Part shown: in pieces, positions 1 to 9,392 of the stretch
Numbering within the stretch: position 1 is the stretch's first letter
How the letters are laid out: every line of letters starts with the position of its first letter
IMG/VR virus record: IMGVR_UViG_2609459774_000007
Location: 1 to 27,985 of that record
DNA length: 27,985 nt
Source of the DNA: a virus
Taxonomy: Duplodnaviria > Heunggongvirae > Uroviricota > Caudoviricetes
Strand: one strand, 5' to 3'
Made by a program: the position numbers and the translations under genes
Notes under the pieces: generated by a model
The model's input: the letters and a program-made list of their open reading frames with translations, nothing else
The model's database searches: none
Told to the model about the DNA's origin: nothing

Positions 1-483
1 ATGACGAAGAAAAAAGCACATAAACCTGGTTCAGCGACCATCGCGCTTAACAAGCGCGCCCGTCACGAATACTTTATCGAAGAAGAGTTCGAAGCGGGAC
101 TTGCCCTGCAAGGCTGGGAGGTTAAATCCCTGCGCGCAGGAAAAGCCAATATCAGCGACAGCTACGTCCTTCTGCGTGACGGAGAGGCATTTCTGTTTGG
201 CGCTAACATCACGCCAATGGCCGTGGCCTCCACGCATGTGGTGTGCGATCCTACCCGTACCCGCAAGTTACTTCTCAACCAACGCGAACTGGACTCATTG
301 TACGGTCGCGTCAATCGAGAAGGCTATACCGTAGTGGCGCTCTCCCTGTACTGGAAAAATGCCTGGTGCAAAGTGAAAATCGGCGTCGCCAAAGGTAAAA
401 AACAGCACGATAAACGTTCAGATATCAAAGAACGCGAATGGCAGGTGGATAAAGCACGTATCATGAAAAACGCCCACCGTTAA
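1..483 (+). CDS. smpB: SsrA-binding protein SmpB (trans-translation factor)
   Basis: 160-aa ORF matching enterobacterial SmpB over its full length as I recall it; lies immediately upstream of the tmRNA gene, the conserved smpB-ssrA arrangement. Confidence 0.95.
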
Positions 484-639
484 ACCTGCACTCCAATTAT
501 TGACCAGTTCCTCACCGCGCCTCCCTCTCCGGCGGCGCGAATGAACATCTTATTGGCTATCACATCCGACACAAATGTTGCCATCCCATTGCTTAATCGA
601 ATAAAAATCAGGCTACATGGGTGCTAAATCTTTAACGAT

Positions 640-697
640 AACGCCATTGAGGCTGGTCATGGCGCTCATAAATCTGGTATACTTACCTTTACACATT
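640..697 (+). promoter_or_regulatory. putative ssrA promoter region
   Basis: A -10-like hexamer TATACT at 678-683 lies about 15 nt upstream of the mature tmRNA 5' end (698), consistent with a short processed leader; the -35 element is not clearly identifiable. Confidence 0.4.
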
Positions 698-1060
698 GGG
701 GCTGATTCTGGATTCGACGGGATTTGCGAAACCCAAGGTGCATGCCGAGGGGCGGTTGGCCTCGTAAAAAGCCGCAAAAAATAGTCGCAAACGACGAAAA
801 CTACGCTTTAGCAGCTTAATAACCTGCTTAGAGCCCTCTCTCCCTAGCCTCCGCTCTTAGGACGGGGATCAAGAGAGGTCAAACCCAAAAGAGATCGCGT
901 GGAAGCCCTGCCTGGGGTTGAAGCGTTAAAACTTAATCAGGCTAGTTTGTTAGTGGCGTGTCCGTCCGCAGCTGGCAAGCGAATGTAAAGACTGACTAAG
1001 CATGTAGTACCGAGGATGTAGGAATTTCGGACGCGGGTTCAACTCCCGCCAGCTCCACCA
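698..1060 (+). ncRNA. ssrA: tmRNA (transfer-messenger RNA, SsrA)
   Basis: 363-nt sequence starting GGGGCUGAUUCUGGAUUCGACGGG and ending ...GGUUCAACUCCCGCCAGCUCCACCA; the tRNA-like acceptor/T-arm 3' end and overall length match E. coli tmRNA; directly downstream of smpB. Confidence 0.95.
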
Positions 1061-1064
1061 AATA
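1016..1064. repeat. attachment-site direct repeat, copy 1 (3' end of ssrA; attL of the P2-like element)
   Basis: 49 bp (ATGTAGGAATTTCGGACGCGGGTTCAACTCCCGCCAGCTCCACCAAATA) repeated exactly at 12713-12761; this copy is part of the intact tmRNA gene. Confidence 0.85.
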
Positions 1065-1068
1065 AATC

Positions 1069-1103
1069 AAGGGGTTACGTGAAAGCGTAGCCCCTTTTTC
1101 TTT
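1069..1103 (+). terminator. Rho-independent terminator immediately after ssrA (supplied by the inserted element)
   Basis: 11-bp stem AAGGGGTTACG/CGTAGCCCCTT (one G-U pair) with a 6-nt loop, followed by a TTTTTCTTT run, starting 9 nt after the tmRNA CCA end. Confidence 0.6.
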
Positions 1104-1183
1104 GGTAGTGGCGGCAAAATGGCGACAGACTATTGCGTCCATCTTGCCTATCGCCATCTTGAAATCATGCAAAGAGGTTTCAC

Positions 1184-1666
1184 ATGGAAGAACTTCACTT
1201 TGTTTACATCAATGCAAATGGTCGTATCGGTGTTCACTCAATACAGAGCATCAGTTATAGCGAAAATCATATACAGGGCATTTGTAAGAACACCGATCGA
1301 ATAAAAACCTTCCGAAAAGACCGCATTCTTAAACAGTACGATTCACCAGAACAAGCCATTCAGGAATGCGCGTCATTCCTCCCCGAAAACTACTCACATC
1401 TCACTAAGCAGTCTGGTCCGAAAAAAAATACATTCGATGTGTGTTTCACCGGATTTAAGAAAGCAGATAAAGAAAGATTGGTTGATAAGGCGAATGAACA
1501 AGGATTAACGGTAAGAGCCTCTGTAACCCAAAGCCTTCAGATGCTCTGTTGCGGTTACAATGCAGGCCCATCGAAAGTATCGGCAGCCAGGATGAAAGGC
1601 ACAATCATCATAGATGAGCCTGGCTTTATACATTTTCTTGAAACGGGTGAGATCCCAGATGAATAA
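1184..1666 (+). CDS. small BRCT-domain protein (uncharacterised N-terminal domain plus C-terminal BRCT fold); prophage-end cargo
   Basis: 160-aa ORF with a good RBS (AGAGG 6 nt upstream). The C-terminal ~85 aa show the BRCT pattern seen in NAD-dependent ligase C-termini (FDVCFTGF ... GLTV ... GTIIIDEPGFIHFL). Reads convergent to ogr. Confidence 0.6.
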   Translation: MEELHFVYINANGRIGVHSIQSISYSENHIQGICKNTDRIKTFRKDRILKQYDSPEQAIQECASFLPENYSHLTKQSGPKKNTFDVCFTGFKKADKERLVDKANEQGLTVRASVTQSLQMLCCGYNAGPSKVSAARMKGTIIIDEPGFIHFLETGEIPDE

Positions 1667-1668
1667 AA

Positions 1669-1684
1669 CCCTGCCGTAGCAGGT
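1669..1684. terminator. possible bidirectional terminator hairpin between the convergent BRCT gene and ogr
   Basis: Short stem CCTGC/GCAGG with a CGTA loop between the two stop codons, flanked by A-rich (left) and T/C-rich (right) sequence; the stem is short, so this is weak. Confidence 0.3.
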
Positions 1685-1692
1685 TCTCTTTC

Positions 1693-1911
1693 TCAAAAAT
1701 TCATATGCCCCTGACCACCTGGCAATGGATGTGGAGGAGCAGTAGCAATCAGTGCGGGTGTCACAATAAACCGGACCACTGTTTCATGGGTAACAAAAGT
1801 GCTCCCGCAGTTAATATTTTGGCACTGGCAGTAACGCTCTTTGGTGCTTTCAGTTACTTGAAAACTGCTCCTTGTGTGTGCCGCATGACCACATTTTGGA
1901 CAACTCATCAT
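1693..1911 (-). CDS. ogr: Ogr/Delta-family zinc-finger late-gene transcription activator
   Basis: The ORF contains CPKCGHAAHTRSS...KERYCQCQNINCGSTF...PHPLPGGQ, the Cys4 zinc-finger pattern of P2 Ogr. The 87-aa track ORF (to 1956) probably over-extends; the likely start is one of the two internal Met codons at residues 16-17 (about 1911/1908). Confidence 0.85.
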   Translation of the reverse strand: MMSCPKCGHAAHTRSSFQVTESTKERYCQCQNINCGSTFVTHETVVRFIVTPALIATAPPHPLPGGQGHMNF

Positions 1912-1979
1912 ATCCAGATCCCTACCTTTGCTATCAGAATCATTGTAATGATACACATAATATCAATATTGAGAACACT

Positions 1980-3080
1980 TTATTCCATTTCAAGATCATC
2001 AATCCTCACTTCAAGCTCCAGACTGGTCGTAAAACCGTTATCCGGGCTGACGGTATGCGTCAGAGTCGTAATGGTCCATTCCGCATCATCTATCGGCTGT
2101 TTAAAACCACTGACTTTCACTGGCATTTCCGTGTAGAGATCTGCCCGACCTTCCGCCAGTTGTAGCGAGAATGACGCAACGCCGCGTTGCAGGCGTTCCC
2201 ACTGCATTTTCGCTGCCCGTTCAGCGTTACTCCGATTAGCATAGGTGCGATTAAGTACCAGCACGTTTTCATCCGTACCCACCAGGTAATCGCCCTGCTT
2301 CGCTTCCGGCTCTTTCTTCTGCTTCTTAGTCCTGCGCTTACGCTTCACCGTAGTGCTTTCTTTCTTCGCGGGTTCGCGGGTATGCAACCAGCTGGCAATT
2401 ACGCCCGTGTAGGCTCCGCGATCTGCCAGGGTAAAGCGGTGGCTGTCGCCGTCCTTGCGTGTGATAGTGATCACTGGCAGAGGTTTACCGCTGGCGCTTT
2501 TGCCCTGTCCCTGCCGGATGAATAACAGATTGCCATTTTTCACCGACGCAATAGCACCGTACTGGCGCGCCAGCCGCATCAAAAAACTGCCGTCACTCTC
2601 ATTGGTCTGGTCTATATGATCCACGGGCTTATCCGACAGATCTTTACCCAATGCCATCTTCAGTTTGTGCCGCGCAGCTATTTCCTTCACCACTTCCCCA
2701 ACGGTGGTCTTGTGCCACGACTTTTCACGGCGGGTATTCAGCGTTTCCCGAAAATCAGCACTTCGCGCCCGGATAGTCAGTCGGTCCGGTGCGCCAGTGT
2801 GTTCAATCTCGTCCACCGTGAATGCCCCTTTCGGGAAAAGCGGCTGCCCCTTCCAGCCCAGCGCCAGCGTAATGACCGCACCACGGCGCGGCAGCACTAT
2901 TTTTCCATCGGCGTCGTCCAGCTCCAGATCAAGCTGGTCCGCTTCAAAGCCCCGGTTATCCGTCAGCGTCAGCCTCATCAGGCGGTTATCCAGCACAGTG
3001 GTGATATCCCTGCCCTCAATACTGATGCTGAATGCGGGAGTTTTGTTGCCTTTGTTAAGCAGTTCAGAGCTGAAATTCAC
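1980..3080 (-). CDS. D: P2 gpD-like tail protein (late control gene D family)
   Basis: 366-aa ORF placed immediately upstream of ogr on the same strand, the conserved D-ogr arrangement at the end of the P2/186 tail operon; the length and position fit gpD. Confidence 0.8.
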   Translation of the reverse strand: MNFSSELLNKGNKTPAFSISIEGRDITTVLDNRLMRLTLTDNRGFEADQLDLELDDADGKIVLPRRGAVITLALGWKGQPLFPKGAFTVDEIEHTGAPDRLTIRARSADFRETLNTRREKSWHKTTVGEVVKEIAARHKLKMALGKDLSDKPVDHIDQTNESDGSFLMRLARQYGAIASVKNGNLLFIRQGQGKSASGKPLPVITITRKDGDSHRFTLADRGAYTGVIASWLHTREPAKKESTTVKRKRRTKKQKKEPEAKQGDYLVGTDENVLVLNRTYANRSNAERAAKMQWERLQRGVASFSLQLAEGRADLYTEMPVKVSGFKQPIDDAEWTITTLTHTVSPDNGFTTSLELEVRIDDLEME

Positions 3081-3418
3081 GACATCAGCCCTCCCACCGT
3101 TTTACTGATATCGCTTAAGGCAGATGTTGCCGTTTCCTGCAGATTATTCAGTTGCGCACTGAGATCACCGAACATATCGGACAGGGATTCATCCACCCGT
3201 TTGAGCGACAGGGTGAACTCAATCCGGCGCGGCATACCGTCGCGGAAAAACTCCGTTTTAGTCTGATTCAGTCCCTCAATCACATACATGCCGTAAATCG
3301 TGCCGCTGCCTTCAATCAGAGGCCATGCTTTCCCCTGTTCTGCCATCTGCTCCAGTGCCAGCAACGACAGCCTGCCGCCTGTTATCTCCGGCATAAGAAC
3401 ACCGGAAAGCGTCAGCAT
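3077..3418 (-). pseudogene. U: P2 gpU-like tail protein, N-terminally truncated fragment
   Basis: 113-aa ORF (TLSGVLMPEITGGRLSLLALEQMAEQGKAW...) matches the C-terminal two-thirds of gpU as I recall it; overlaps the D start by 4 nt as in intact tail operons; the N-terminal part is missing. Confidence 0.65.
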
Positions 3419-3459
3419 GTCGTTTTCCGGTCCCAGAAACTGCGTGGACGGACGTCGGT

Positions 3460-4185
3460 TTACCCGACTGTTTGCCGCATGTCGCCAGCTGCGTTGATAC
3501 TGCAGTTGTCTTCCTGCCAGTAGATGGACAGGTTATCCAGACGGGTGATCAGCAGCGCATTCGGCGGGAAGAACGGCGCACGCACGGCCTGCAGGCCACC
3601 CATGCGTTTCTGGCTGATGATCATATCGGCAGCCAGTTTTTCACTGTTTTCCTGCTCTTTGTTGACCAGCGGGAAATACTTGTCAGACAACAGTTCACGA
3701 CCGCAAATCACCACCAGACCGTCATCGTCCTGGTAAACCACGTCGATAAGCTCATTGACGGCATCCATCACCACAGCGTCCAGGTTGGCATATTCGCCAC
3801 CTTTCCCGACTTTCACCGCACCCGGAGTGGTTTCACCGCCCGTGGTGGTGCTGCCCATGACGTGATCCGGTGCATCCTCACGGATTTTCTGCAGCCAGCC
3901 TTTGTTCACATCCTGCAGCAGCGGGTTTTCGCTACGGTTGGAGGTTTTCGCACGCTTCACGCCGTTAAAGCCGATCATGATGCGGTCCAGTGCCTGACGT
4001 TTCACGATGGCGTCACGGATGCGCACCTGGAAATCCTGAAACTTCGCCCACAGATCCAGCTTCGCGTAGGTCAGCACCGTGTCAAAGTTGGTCTGCTCGC
4101 ATTTATATTCCACATCGACCATCAGGGTCGGATCGGTGAAGTGATCGCCCTTGAGCCTGCGCTGGCAAAATACACCCGACGCGGA
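3460..4185 (-). pseudogene. N: P2 gpN-like major capsid protein, internal fragment (both ends missing)
   Basis: The 220-aa ORF (3460-4122) aligns with the middle of P2 gpN (YKCEQTNFD...LDLWAKFQDFQVRIRDAIVKRQ...GFNGVKRAKTS...VISQKRMGGL...LSIYW). The frame extends upstream to a stop at 4186-4188 without N-terminal homology, and the C-terminus diverges after SIYW. Confidence 0.75.
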
Positions 4186-4540
4186 TTAGACCTGGATACC
4201 TACTGGTTTGTGCAATACGGTATGACAACCCAGCCGTATCAGTTCACGAAAGGCAGCATTTTTCATCTGATGGAACCCACTGTAGAGCCAGCCCCTTCTC
4301 TTCATCACTACACTCACTAGCCGCTACAAGCTTAAGAAAAAAATCAATGCGCTGGAGCTTCAAAGACTCCAAAAAATAGTCCTGCATCTTTCCTCCTATA
4401 ACACCACACGCAATACTGTATGTATAACCACTGTTTATATTTACAGTATATAATAATCTTACTGATGTAAAACGTTTTTTTACATTCATCAGCCTGATAT
4501 GCCTGGTATTATTAAGAGCACGAATTGTTAACCCGCGTAA

Positions 4541-6955
4541 TTAATACAGGTTCCGCCACTGATCATCTTCCTGCAAACGCTGGTTCCGATAGAAGATACG
4601 CAGGCCTGCTCCTGACGGAATACTGCCTCCGCGAAGGAGTAAATCGATCTCTTTCTCGCTGCCATCAAATCCTCTGGACTTCAGCTCATACACGAGCTGC
4701 AGTCGCTGATGGTCTGTAATTCGCTGTTTGTAGTCTTTACGCCGTTTCGGTTTCACCAGGCGTAACCTTGCTGCCAGTTCCCGGCGCTCTTTTTTGCTCA
4801 TACTGTGCAGGTAATCGTGCAACTCCTTGTCATCCATGCTGGTAATGTCCGTTCTGGGGTCCCCATCAGCTGATTTATCTTTCTCCTGTTGGTTCAAATT
4901 TTCAGCAAGGGGACAGTTATTGCCACGAGTCCAAGGGGCGCAAGCGCCCTGGTCGGCTGCCGCCTCCTGAACGTCAACGGCCTTACGAACCATTTTCCAC
5001 TTCACTGCATGAGTGCAGATCTTGCCCTCTGCAATGGGTGACCAGATGCCATAAATACGAATGCCGTGATCGCCATAGGCGGTCGGCTCTTCGTTGATTT
5101 CATAAGCGGTTCTGATCAGGTGATATTTGCGGGGAACCAGTACGCCGCCCTGCTTCATGATGTAGGTGGCAAAACAACCAGCATCAGCAGCAGCCAGGAT
5201 TGCATCAAGGCGCGGGTTATCCAGTACCGGCGCACCTGCTTTTTTGTCCCCCTGTTGCCTTGCCGCCTGACCAGCCAGCAATCGCAGTTCACGGTAAGCC
5301 TGACGCCCCGGAATGCCAAAGAAGCGGAATTGCTGAACACGATGCAGAGACGCCCAGGCATTAACGTATTCAGCATTATCACGCAGGGATTTCCCCGTTT
5401 CCTTGCTGATCTCGCCAGCCAGACCACGCCCGTCAATGTTCTTACTGATGTATTTCGCGATGTAGCTTGTTGGCGTACCTTTGCGCGGGTTAATCAACTC
5501 AGACTTAAAGCGCGGCCCAGTGTTATTGCCCAGCTCCTCGCGGTCTTCACGGATGGCAAACTTACGCAGTAATACAGTGATGGCGCGGCGGTCTTTTTTG
5601 CGCATAAAACACAACAGGTGCCAGTGAACTGTACCGTCATGATGCGGCTCAGCCACCCGCACGCCATACCAGCGCAATCCGGCTTTGTGCATCGCCTTAC
5701 GAAATGCAGCAAACATGCCGACCAGGTAATCACTACTTTGTCTTACCGTCGCATTTGTCCAGGTTGGGTTGGGCCTGCCGTTATTTAGCGTGGAATGGAA
5801 ACGTGACGGACAGGTGATGGTGTAGAAAACGGCACAGTCACTGCGCATTTCAGCGATAAGCTCCAGACCTTTAACACAGGCCATCATCTCATTGCGGCGA
5901 TGCGCCGGGTTGCTGCTGCTGGCGTTTACCACATCTTCCATATCCAGCGTGTCACCGTCTTCGTTCACCAGTTCATGAGAACGGAAAAACTCCAGCGACT
6001 TACGGCGCTGCTCACGTTTATGCATCACGGCTTCATAGCTGACATAGGGAGATGCTTTTTTGCTGACCAGACAGACAGCACGCAACTGCTCTTCCCGCCA
6101 TTCGCAACGCATCTTCCATAATTTCCTATACCACCAGTCGGCGCACAGCATACGCGCCAGCGAACCCGGAATGAGTTCATAGGGCACGGGTTTACGGCGG
6201 TTTCTTTTCCGACGGAGTTGCTCAAACGCAGGCGGGATGACATCCAGTCGCAGGGTTTCTGCTGCCACCTTTTCCCATGTCTTGCGGATTTCTTCTGGCT
6301 TAACATCATCGGTGGCGTACAAATCACCACAAGCGGCATCAAGACACATGCTCATATGCGCAGCGACAAGAGTAGACAGGCGTTTCACCTGATCCTGACT
6401 CATTTCAGGCAGGATCAGCAGGCCGTCCAGCCCTTCATGGCTTGCCATAAAGCGAAAAGAAGTGGATAGCTGACTCTCGCGTACATGCTCCAGTCGTTCC
6501 AGACATGGCTTAATCGTCTCACGCAAATAGCGGGAATAAGCCTTTGGCCTGCCCAGGCTGCTGAAGTATTCGATACGTTGCATCAGCGGCTTGCTGATGT
6601 GGGTGGGCTGGGCGCTGACATCTGCCAGAATGACCATGTCTGGGTTAAAACGCTGCTGCTCATGCGCCAGCTTTGCCCGACTAATGAGCTTATCCTGCTC
6701 CATTTCGCGCTGGACAGGATCACGGGATTCATTAAAGAAATAACGCTCCCAGACCTGATCACTCAGTGCCTCACGGCGCAGCAGTTCCTGCTCGTTATCG
6801 GCAGCGTACAGAGTGATCAGGTTTGAAAGCGCAGAAACCGGCGCAACTTCCGCCGGGTCCAGATAAGGGTTAATGGCCTTTTTCGGGCTGTTCCATGAGA
6901 ACGATGCGGAAGCCTCGTTAAAGCCGCAGCAGTTGTTCATATCGGCATGGTTCAT
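4541..6955 (-). CDS. A: P2/186 gpA-like rolling-circle replication initiation endonuclease
   Basis: 804-aa ORF with the HxH metal-binding motif (VHWHLL) and the paired-tyrosine motif YIAKYISK typical of phage gpA initiators; located between the early regulatory genes and the structural gene remnants. Confidence 0.85.
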   Translation of the reverse strand: MNHADMNNCCGFNEASASFSWNSPKKAINPYLDPAEVAPVSALSNLITLYAADNEQELLRREALSDQVWERYFFNESRDPVQREMEQDKLISRAKLAHEQQRFNPDMVILADVSAQPTHISKPLMQRIEYFSSLGRPKAYSRYLRETIKPCLERLEHVRESQLSTSFRFMASHEGLDGLLILPEMSQDQVKRLSTLVAAHMSMCLDAACGDLYATDDVKPEEIRKTWEKVAAETLRLDVIPPAFEQLRRKRNRRKPVPYELIPGSLARMLCADWWYRKLWKMRCEWREEQLRAVCLVSKKASPYVSYEAVMHKREQRRKSLEFFRSHELVNEDGDTLDMEDVVNASSSNPAHRRNEMMACVKGLELIAEMRSDCAVFYTITCPSRFHSTLNNGRPNPTWTNATVRQSSDYLVGMFAAFRKAMHKAGLRWYGVRVAEPHHDGTVHWHLLCFMRKKDRRAITVLLRKFAIREDREELGNNTGPRFKSELINPRKGTPTSYIAKYISKNIDGRGLAGEISKETGKSLRDNAEYVNAWASLHRVQQFRFFGIPGRQAYRELRLLAGQAARQQGDKKAGAPVLDNPRLDAILAAADAGCFATYIMKQGGVLVPRKYHLIRTAYEINEEPTAYGDHGIRIYGIWSPIAEGKICTHAVKWKMVRKAVDVQEAAADQGACAPWTRGNNCPLAENLNQQEKDKSADGDPRTDITSMDDKELHDYLHSMSKKERRELAARLRLVKPKRRKDYKQRITDHQRLQLVYELKSRGFDGSEKEIDLLLRGGSIPSGAGLRIFYRNQRLQEDDQWRNLY

Positions 6956-7917
6956 GCACGTACTCCGTACACGGCAGAACTATCCACGCCACGCGAATAA
7001 TCAAATCCCACCCAGCAGCGCGGCCCGGAAACAGCGATGATTTCTGTTGCAGATTTACTCTCACCAGCTGCTACGCCGATGCTGCGTTTTGCCTTGATGT
7101 AGTGGTGAGTAAAATTGCGATACAGCGAACGGATCAGGGATGTGTCACTGTTAGAAATAATGACCGGATGTCCTTCTGATGACCGATGTTCAAGAACGGA
7201 TGCCAGGTGATACTGGTCATCTTCAGTGAAGCCGTCAGTGTGATAACCGGAAAACGTGCCGTCATACGGCGGATCGCAATACACCACATCCCCCGCCTTC
7301 AACATCGCCAGCGTTTCATCAAAGCTGGCGCAGATAAACGTTGCCCGCTGGGCTTTTTCTGCAAATGCGCGAATTTCTTTTTCAGGAAAATACGGATTTT
7401 TATAATTACCGTAGGGAATGTTGAAATGCCCGCTCTTGTTATAGCGACATAAACCACGGTAACCGTGACGATTGAGATACAGGAAATATACCGCTTTCAT
7501 GAAATCAGTAATTTCAGTTGAGTAATTAAACTCCTGCCTTATGTTGTAATAAGCCACCTCCCTGTTTGCTTCCTCAAATAAAGCTCTGGCGCGAGATATA
7601 AACGATTCACAATCAGCAGCAACCTTTTTATAGAGGTTGATTAAATCAGGATTAATATCCGCAACAAGATAGCTGGGGTAGTGGATCTCCTGCGCTTCGT
7701 TCTGGATTGCTTCAGCGGTCACACGCAGCAGTTCTGCCGCTTCGACGTGGTTTAGCTGGCGGGATGTGATATGACACGCAAGACTATCAAGGCGGGCAGC
7801 CATTGCTTCAGCCCTTGCCCGGCGTTCTTCCAGACGAGCCTCTGTCAGTAAAATATTAAGCCCTGCGTCATCCGGTCCGATTTTAGTCGTGAGGGTTTCA
7901 ATATTACGCATAATCAA
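6952..7917 (-). CDS. Dam-like N6-adenine DNA methyltransferase (D12 class) with a non-canonical N-terminus
   Basis: Residues ~85-300 align with E. coli Dam from the ADIN(S/P)DLI(S/N)LY segment through FLYLNR.GY.GLCRYN, PYFPE and the catalytic DPPY motif (VVYCDPPY). The first ~85 aa are unrelated and the KWAGGK/FxGxG region is not seen. Confidence 0.8.
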   Translation of the reverse strand: MIMRNIETLTTKIGPDDAGLNILLTEARLEERRARAEAMAARLDSLACHITSRQLNHVEAAELLRVTAEAIQNEAQEIHYPSYLVADINPDLINLYKKVAADCESFISRARALFEEANREVAYYNIRQEFNYSTEITDFMKAVYFLYLNRHGYRGLCRYNKSGHFNIPYGNYKNPYFPEKEIRAFAEKAQRATFICASFDETLAMLKAGDVVYCDPPYDGTFSGYHTDGFTEDDQYHLASVLEHRSSEGHPVIISNSDTSLIRSLYRNFTHHYIKAKRSIGVAAGESKSATEIIAVSGPRCWVGFDYSRGVDSSAVYGVRA

Positions 7918-7978
7918 TTCTCCTGAATTTAGATAAAGGGATGCCCGGCGGGTTTACGCCATTAATTTCATTAGCTGG

Positions 7979-8320
7979 TTAATTCGGCATGGTTAGCCGT
8001 CTGGGAAATAAGCTCACCACTGCACGAAAATGATTCATTGCTTTAATCAACTCCCGCTTTTCGTCAGTGGTCAGCTCATTAATGCTGATGCTATGACGTT
8101 CAGCTGGAATTTTTGCCATAAAGAATATGGCAGCCAGTGCCCGTTTATTTTGTTCGCTATTAATATCCCGTGGATCACGCATATCTTTAATAAACTGCTC
8201 AAGCTCTGACTCAATATTAAGACCAAAAACTTTCGCTCTTAATTCCGCAATGTGATTAAGTCCATTCAGGCGTTCACCGGGGCTTAATGGAACAGTCGCC
8301 GCAGCGCCTTCAATAGCCAT
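7979..8320 (-). CDS. hypothetical prophage early protein (position equivalent to 186 dhr)
   Basis: 113-aa ORF on the early-operon strand between the cII/fil region and dam; no recognisable motifs. Confidence 0.45.
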   Translation of the reverse strand: MAIEGAAATVPLSPGERLNGLNHIAELRAKVFGLNIESELEQFIKDMRDPRDINSEQNKRALAAIFFMAKIPAERHSISINELTTDEKRELIKAMNHFRAVVSLFPRRLTMPN

Positions 8321-8514
8321 TTGTTCCCCCGTTTTTTCGTTGATAGTTCTGCCAACAATTCATCTTGCGAACGGCACGGATGCCAGCGTTTACCATCCTC
8401 ACCCATGATCCAGCCGTGACCGTAGTGCATTGCCGGACTTTGTTTTACCAGCAGCGATGCAAATGATGGTTCTTTCGTCAGCATAAGCACCTCACAGCAA
8501 ACCGAATGAAGCAC
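8284..8514 (-). CDS. hypothetical small early protein, possibly Fil-like
   Basis: 76-aa ORF directly downstream of cII in the position occupied by fil in phage 186; overlaps both neighbours, as is common in compact phage operons. Assignment is by position only. Confidence 0.4.
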   Translation of the reverse strand: MLHSVCCEVLMLTKEPSFASLLVKQSPAMHYGHGWIMGEDGKRWHPCRSQDELLAELSTKKRGNKWLLKALRRLFH

Positions 8515-9001
8515 CGAGGCCAGTCACGGTATCAACTGCACTCGCCATCGCAGGATTAGCCTGTAAACGGGCCTGCAATGAAACAGCCGCCAGCGCCATC
8601 AGTCGTGTAACAGAGTTAATGCTGCTGATCGCATCACGACGGCCTGCACTGGTTTTTACATCGCCAGAAACCGCCCCTGCCGCAACACGCCCGATCTCTG
8701 CGGTTGCACTCATGACGTAATGTGGCAGTTTCTCTTTTGCTACCTCATTAATCGGTACACATGGCAGGCAGTGAATCTGTGCCAGAAAACCATCTATCAG
8801 CGTTGAGTCTTCTGTCAGATCGGTAAGCAGCCAGATTTCTGGCGCATTGAGCTGATGCGGTTGATCTGGGTTGAGTTTGTTTCGCAGTGTCTGAACATTC
8901 ATTCCTGCACGTTCTGCCAGCTTCGCCATATTGTGATGTAGTGCAAAAGCTCTACAGGCTTCATCAAAATGCGGGTGTTTGGAAATCTTATAATCAAACA
9001 T
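8492..9001 (-). CDS. cII: 186-type CII-like transcriptional activator
   Basis: 169-aa ORF, the length of phage 186 CII, with an N-terminal HTH-like segment; sits in the apl-cII-fil order downstream of the divergent cI/apl switch. Confidence 0.7.
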   Translation of the reverse strand: MFDYKISKHPHFDEACRAFALHHNMAKLAERAGMNVQTLRNKLNPDQPHQLNAPEIWLLTDLTEDSTLIDGFLAQIHCLPCVPINEVAKEKLPHYVMSATAEIGRVAAGAVSGDVKTSAGRRDAISSINSVTRLMALAAVSLQARLQANPAMASAVDTVTGLGASFGLL

Positions 9002-9033
9002 GCTACCCCCTTAGAAAGTTCTCATAATTGAAC

Positions 9034-9276
9034 TTACTTACCAACAATGACGCGGAAGTTGGAATGACCGAGGGATTCACGGACCTGATCGGTTTTGTAC
9101 ATTAAATAACGCAGGCTTACGCGGCCTTTGTTTTTTTCTTTCTTGACCATGTATTTAGCAAGCTGACCATGGTGAATTTTTTGATACACGGAGCCGCGGG
9201 AGATACCTTCCCATTCCGCGAACTCAGCAGGCGTTGCCATCTCTTTTGGTACACGAATTGAAATATCAGTACTCAT
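9034..9276 (-). CDS. Apl/Cox-family small HTH protein (putative excisionase / lytic-promoter regulator)
   Basis: 80-aa ORF transcribed divergently from the repressor gene, first gene of the early lytic operon; HTH-like segment ATPAEFAEWEGISRGSVYQKIHHGQL. Confidence 0.55.
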   Translation of the reverse strand: MSTDISIRVPKEMATPAEFAEWEGISRGSVYQKIHHGQLAKYMVKKEKNKGRVSLRYLMYKTDQVRESLGHSNFRVIVGK

Positions 9277-9392
9277 AGTGCAGTATCTCTTAGTTTGGTT
9301 TCGTTTTATCTTGTTTTATGTGGTTTGGTTTTGCTTTTCAAACCATAAATGGATATTAGGATCACTTTTTATATACGTCAAGAGGTTTGATT
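9277..9392. promoter_or_regulatory. divergent lysis-lysogeny switch region (apl/cI intergenic; candidate operators and promoters)
   Basis: 116-bp AT-rich intergenic region between divergent apl and cI, with repeated GTTTGGTTT / TGGTTTGGTTTTG motifs and an inverted AAACCA copy. Confidence 0.5.

Noticed and set aside
101-334. 77-aa plus-strand and 68-aa minus-strand ORFs inside smpB
   Set aside because: Embedded in alternative frames of the well-supported smpB gene.
1705-2165. Plus-strand ORFs 1705-2136 and 1872-2165
   Set aside because: Antisense to ogr and the 3' end of D; Cys/His-rich only because they mirror the ogr zinc-finger codons.
2187-3266. Plus-strand ORFs of 112, 216 and 147 aa (2187-2525, 2616-3266, 2665-3108)
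   Set aside because: Antisense to or overlapping the gpD-like and gpU-like genes; compositionally biased translations without motifs.
3472-4320. 282-aa plus-strand ORF, longer than the gene it overlaps
   Set aside because: Lies entirely antisense to the gpN-like capsid fragment, which has clear protein homology; the plus-strand product is low-complexity (R/H/Q/V-rich) with no recognisable motifs and is probably a GC-skew artefact.
4244-4489. 81-aa minus-strand ORF between gene A and the N fragment
   Set aside because: Very AT-rich, no RBS or motif, and it sits in the deletion-scar region between A and N'; more likely non-coding. The nearby hairpin-like sequence (about 4464-4486) lacks a following T-run, so it was not called as a terminator.
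5066-5572. 168-aa plus-strand ORF (and other ORFs at 5155-5436, 5494-5733, 5900-6121, 6025-6342, 6218-6469, 6485-6826)
   Set aside because: All lie inside or antisense to the 804-aa gpA replication gene, which has diagnostic motifs; no independent support.
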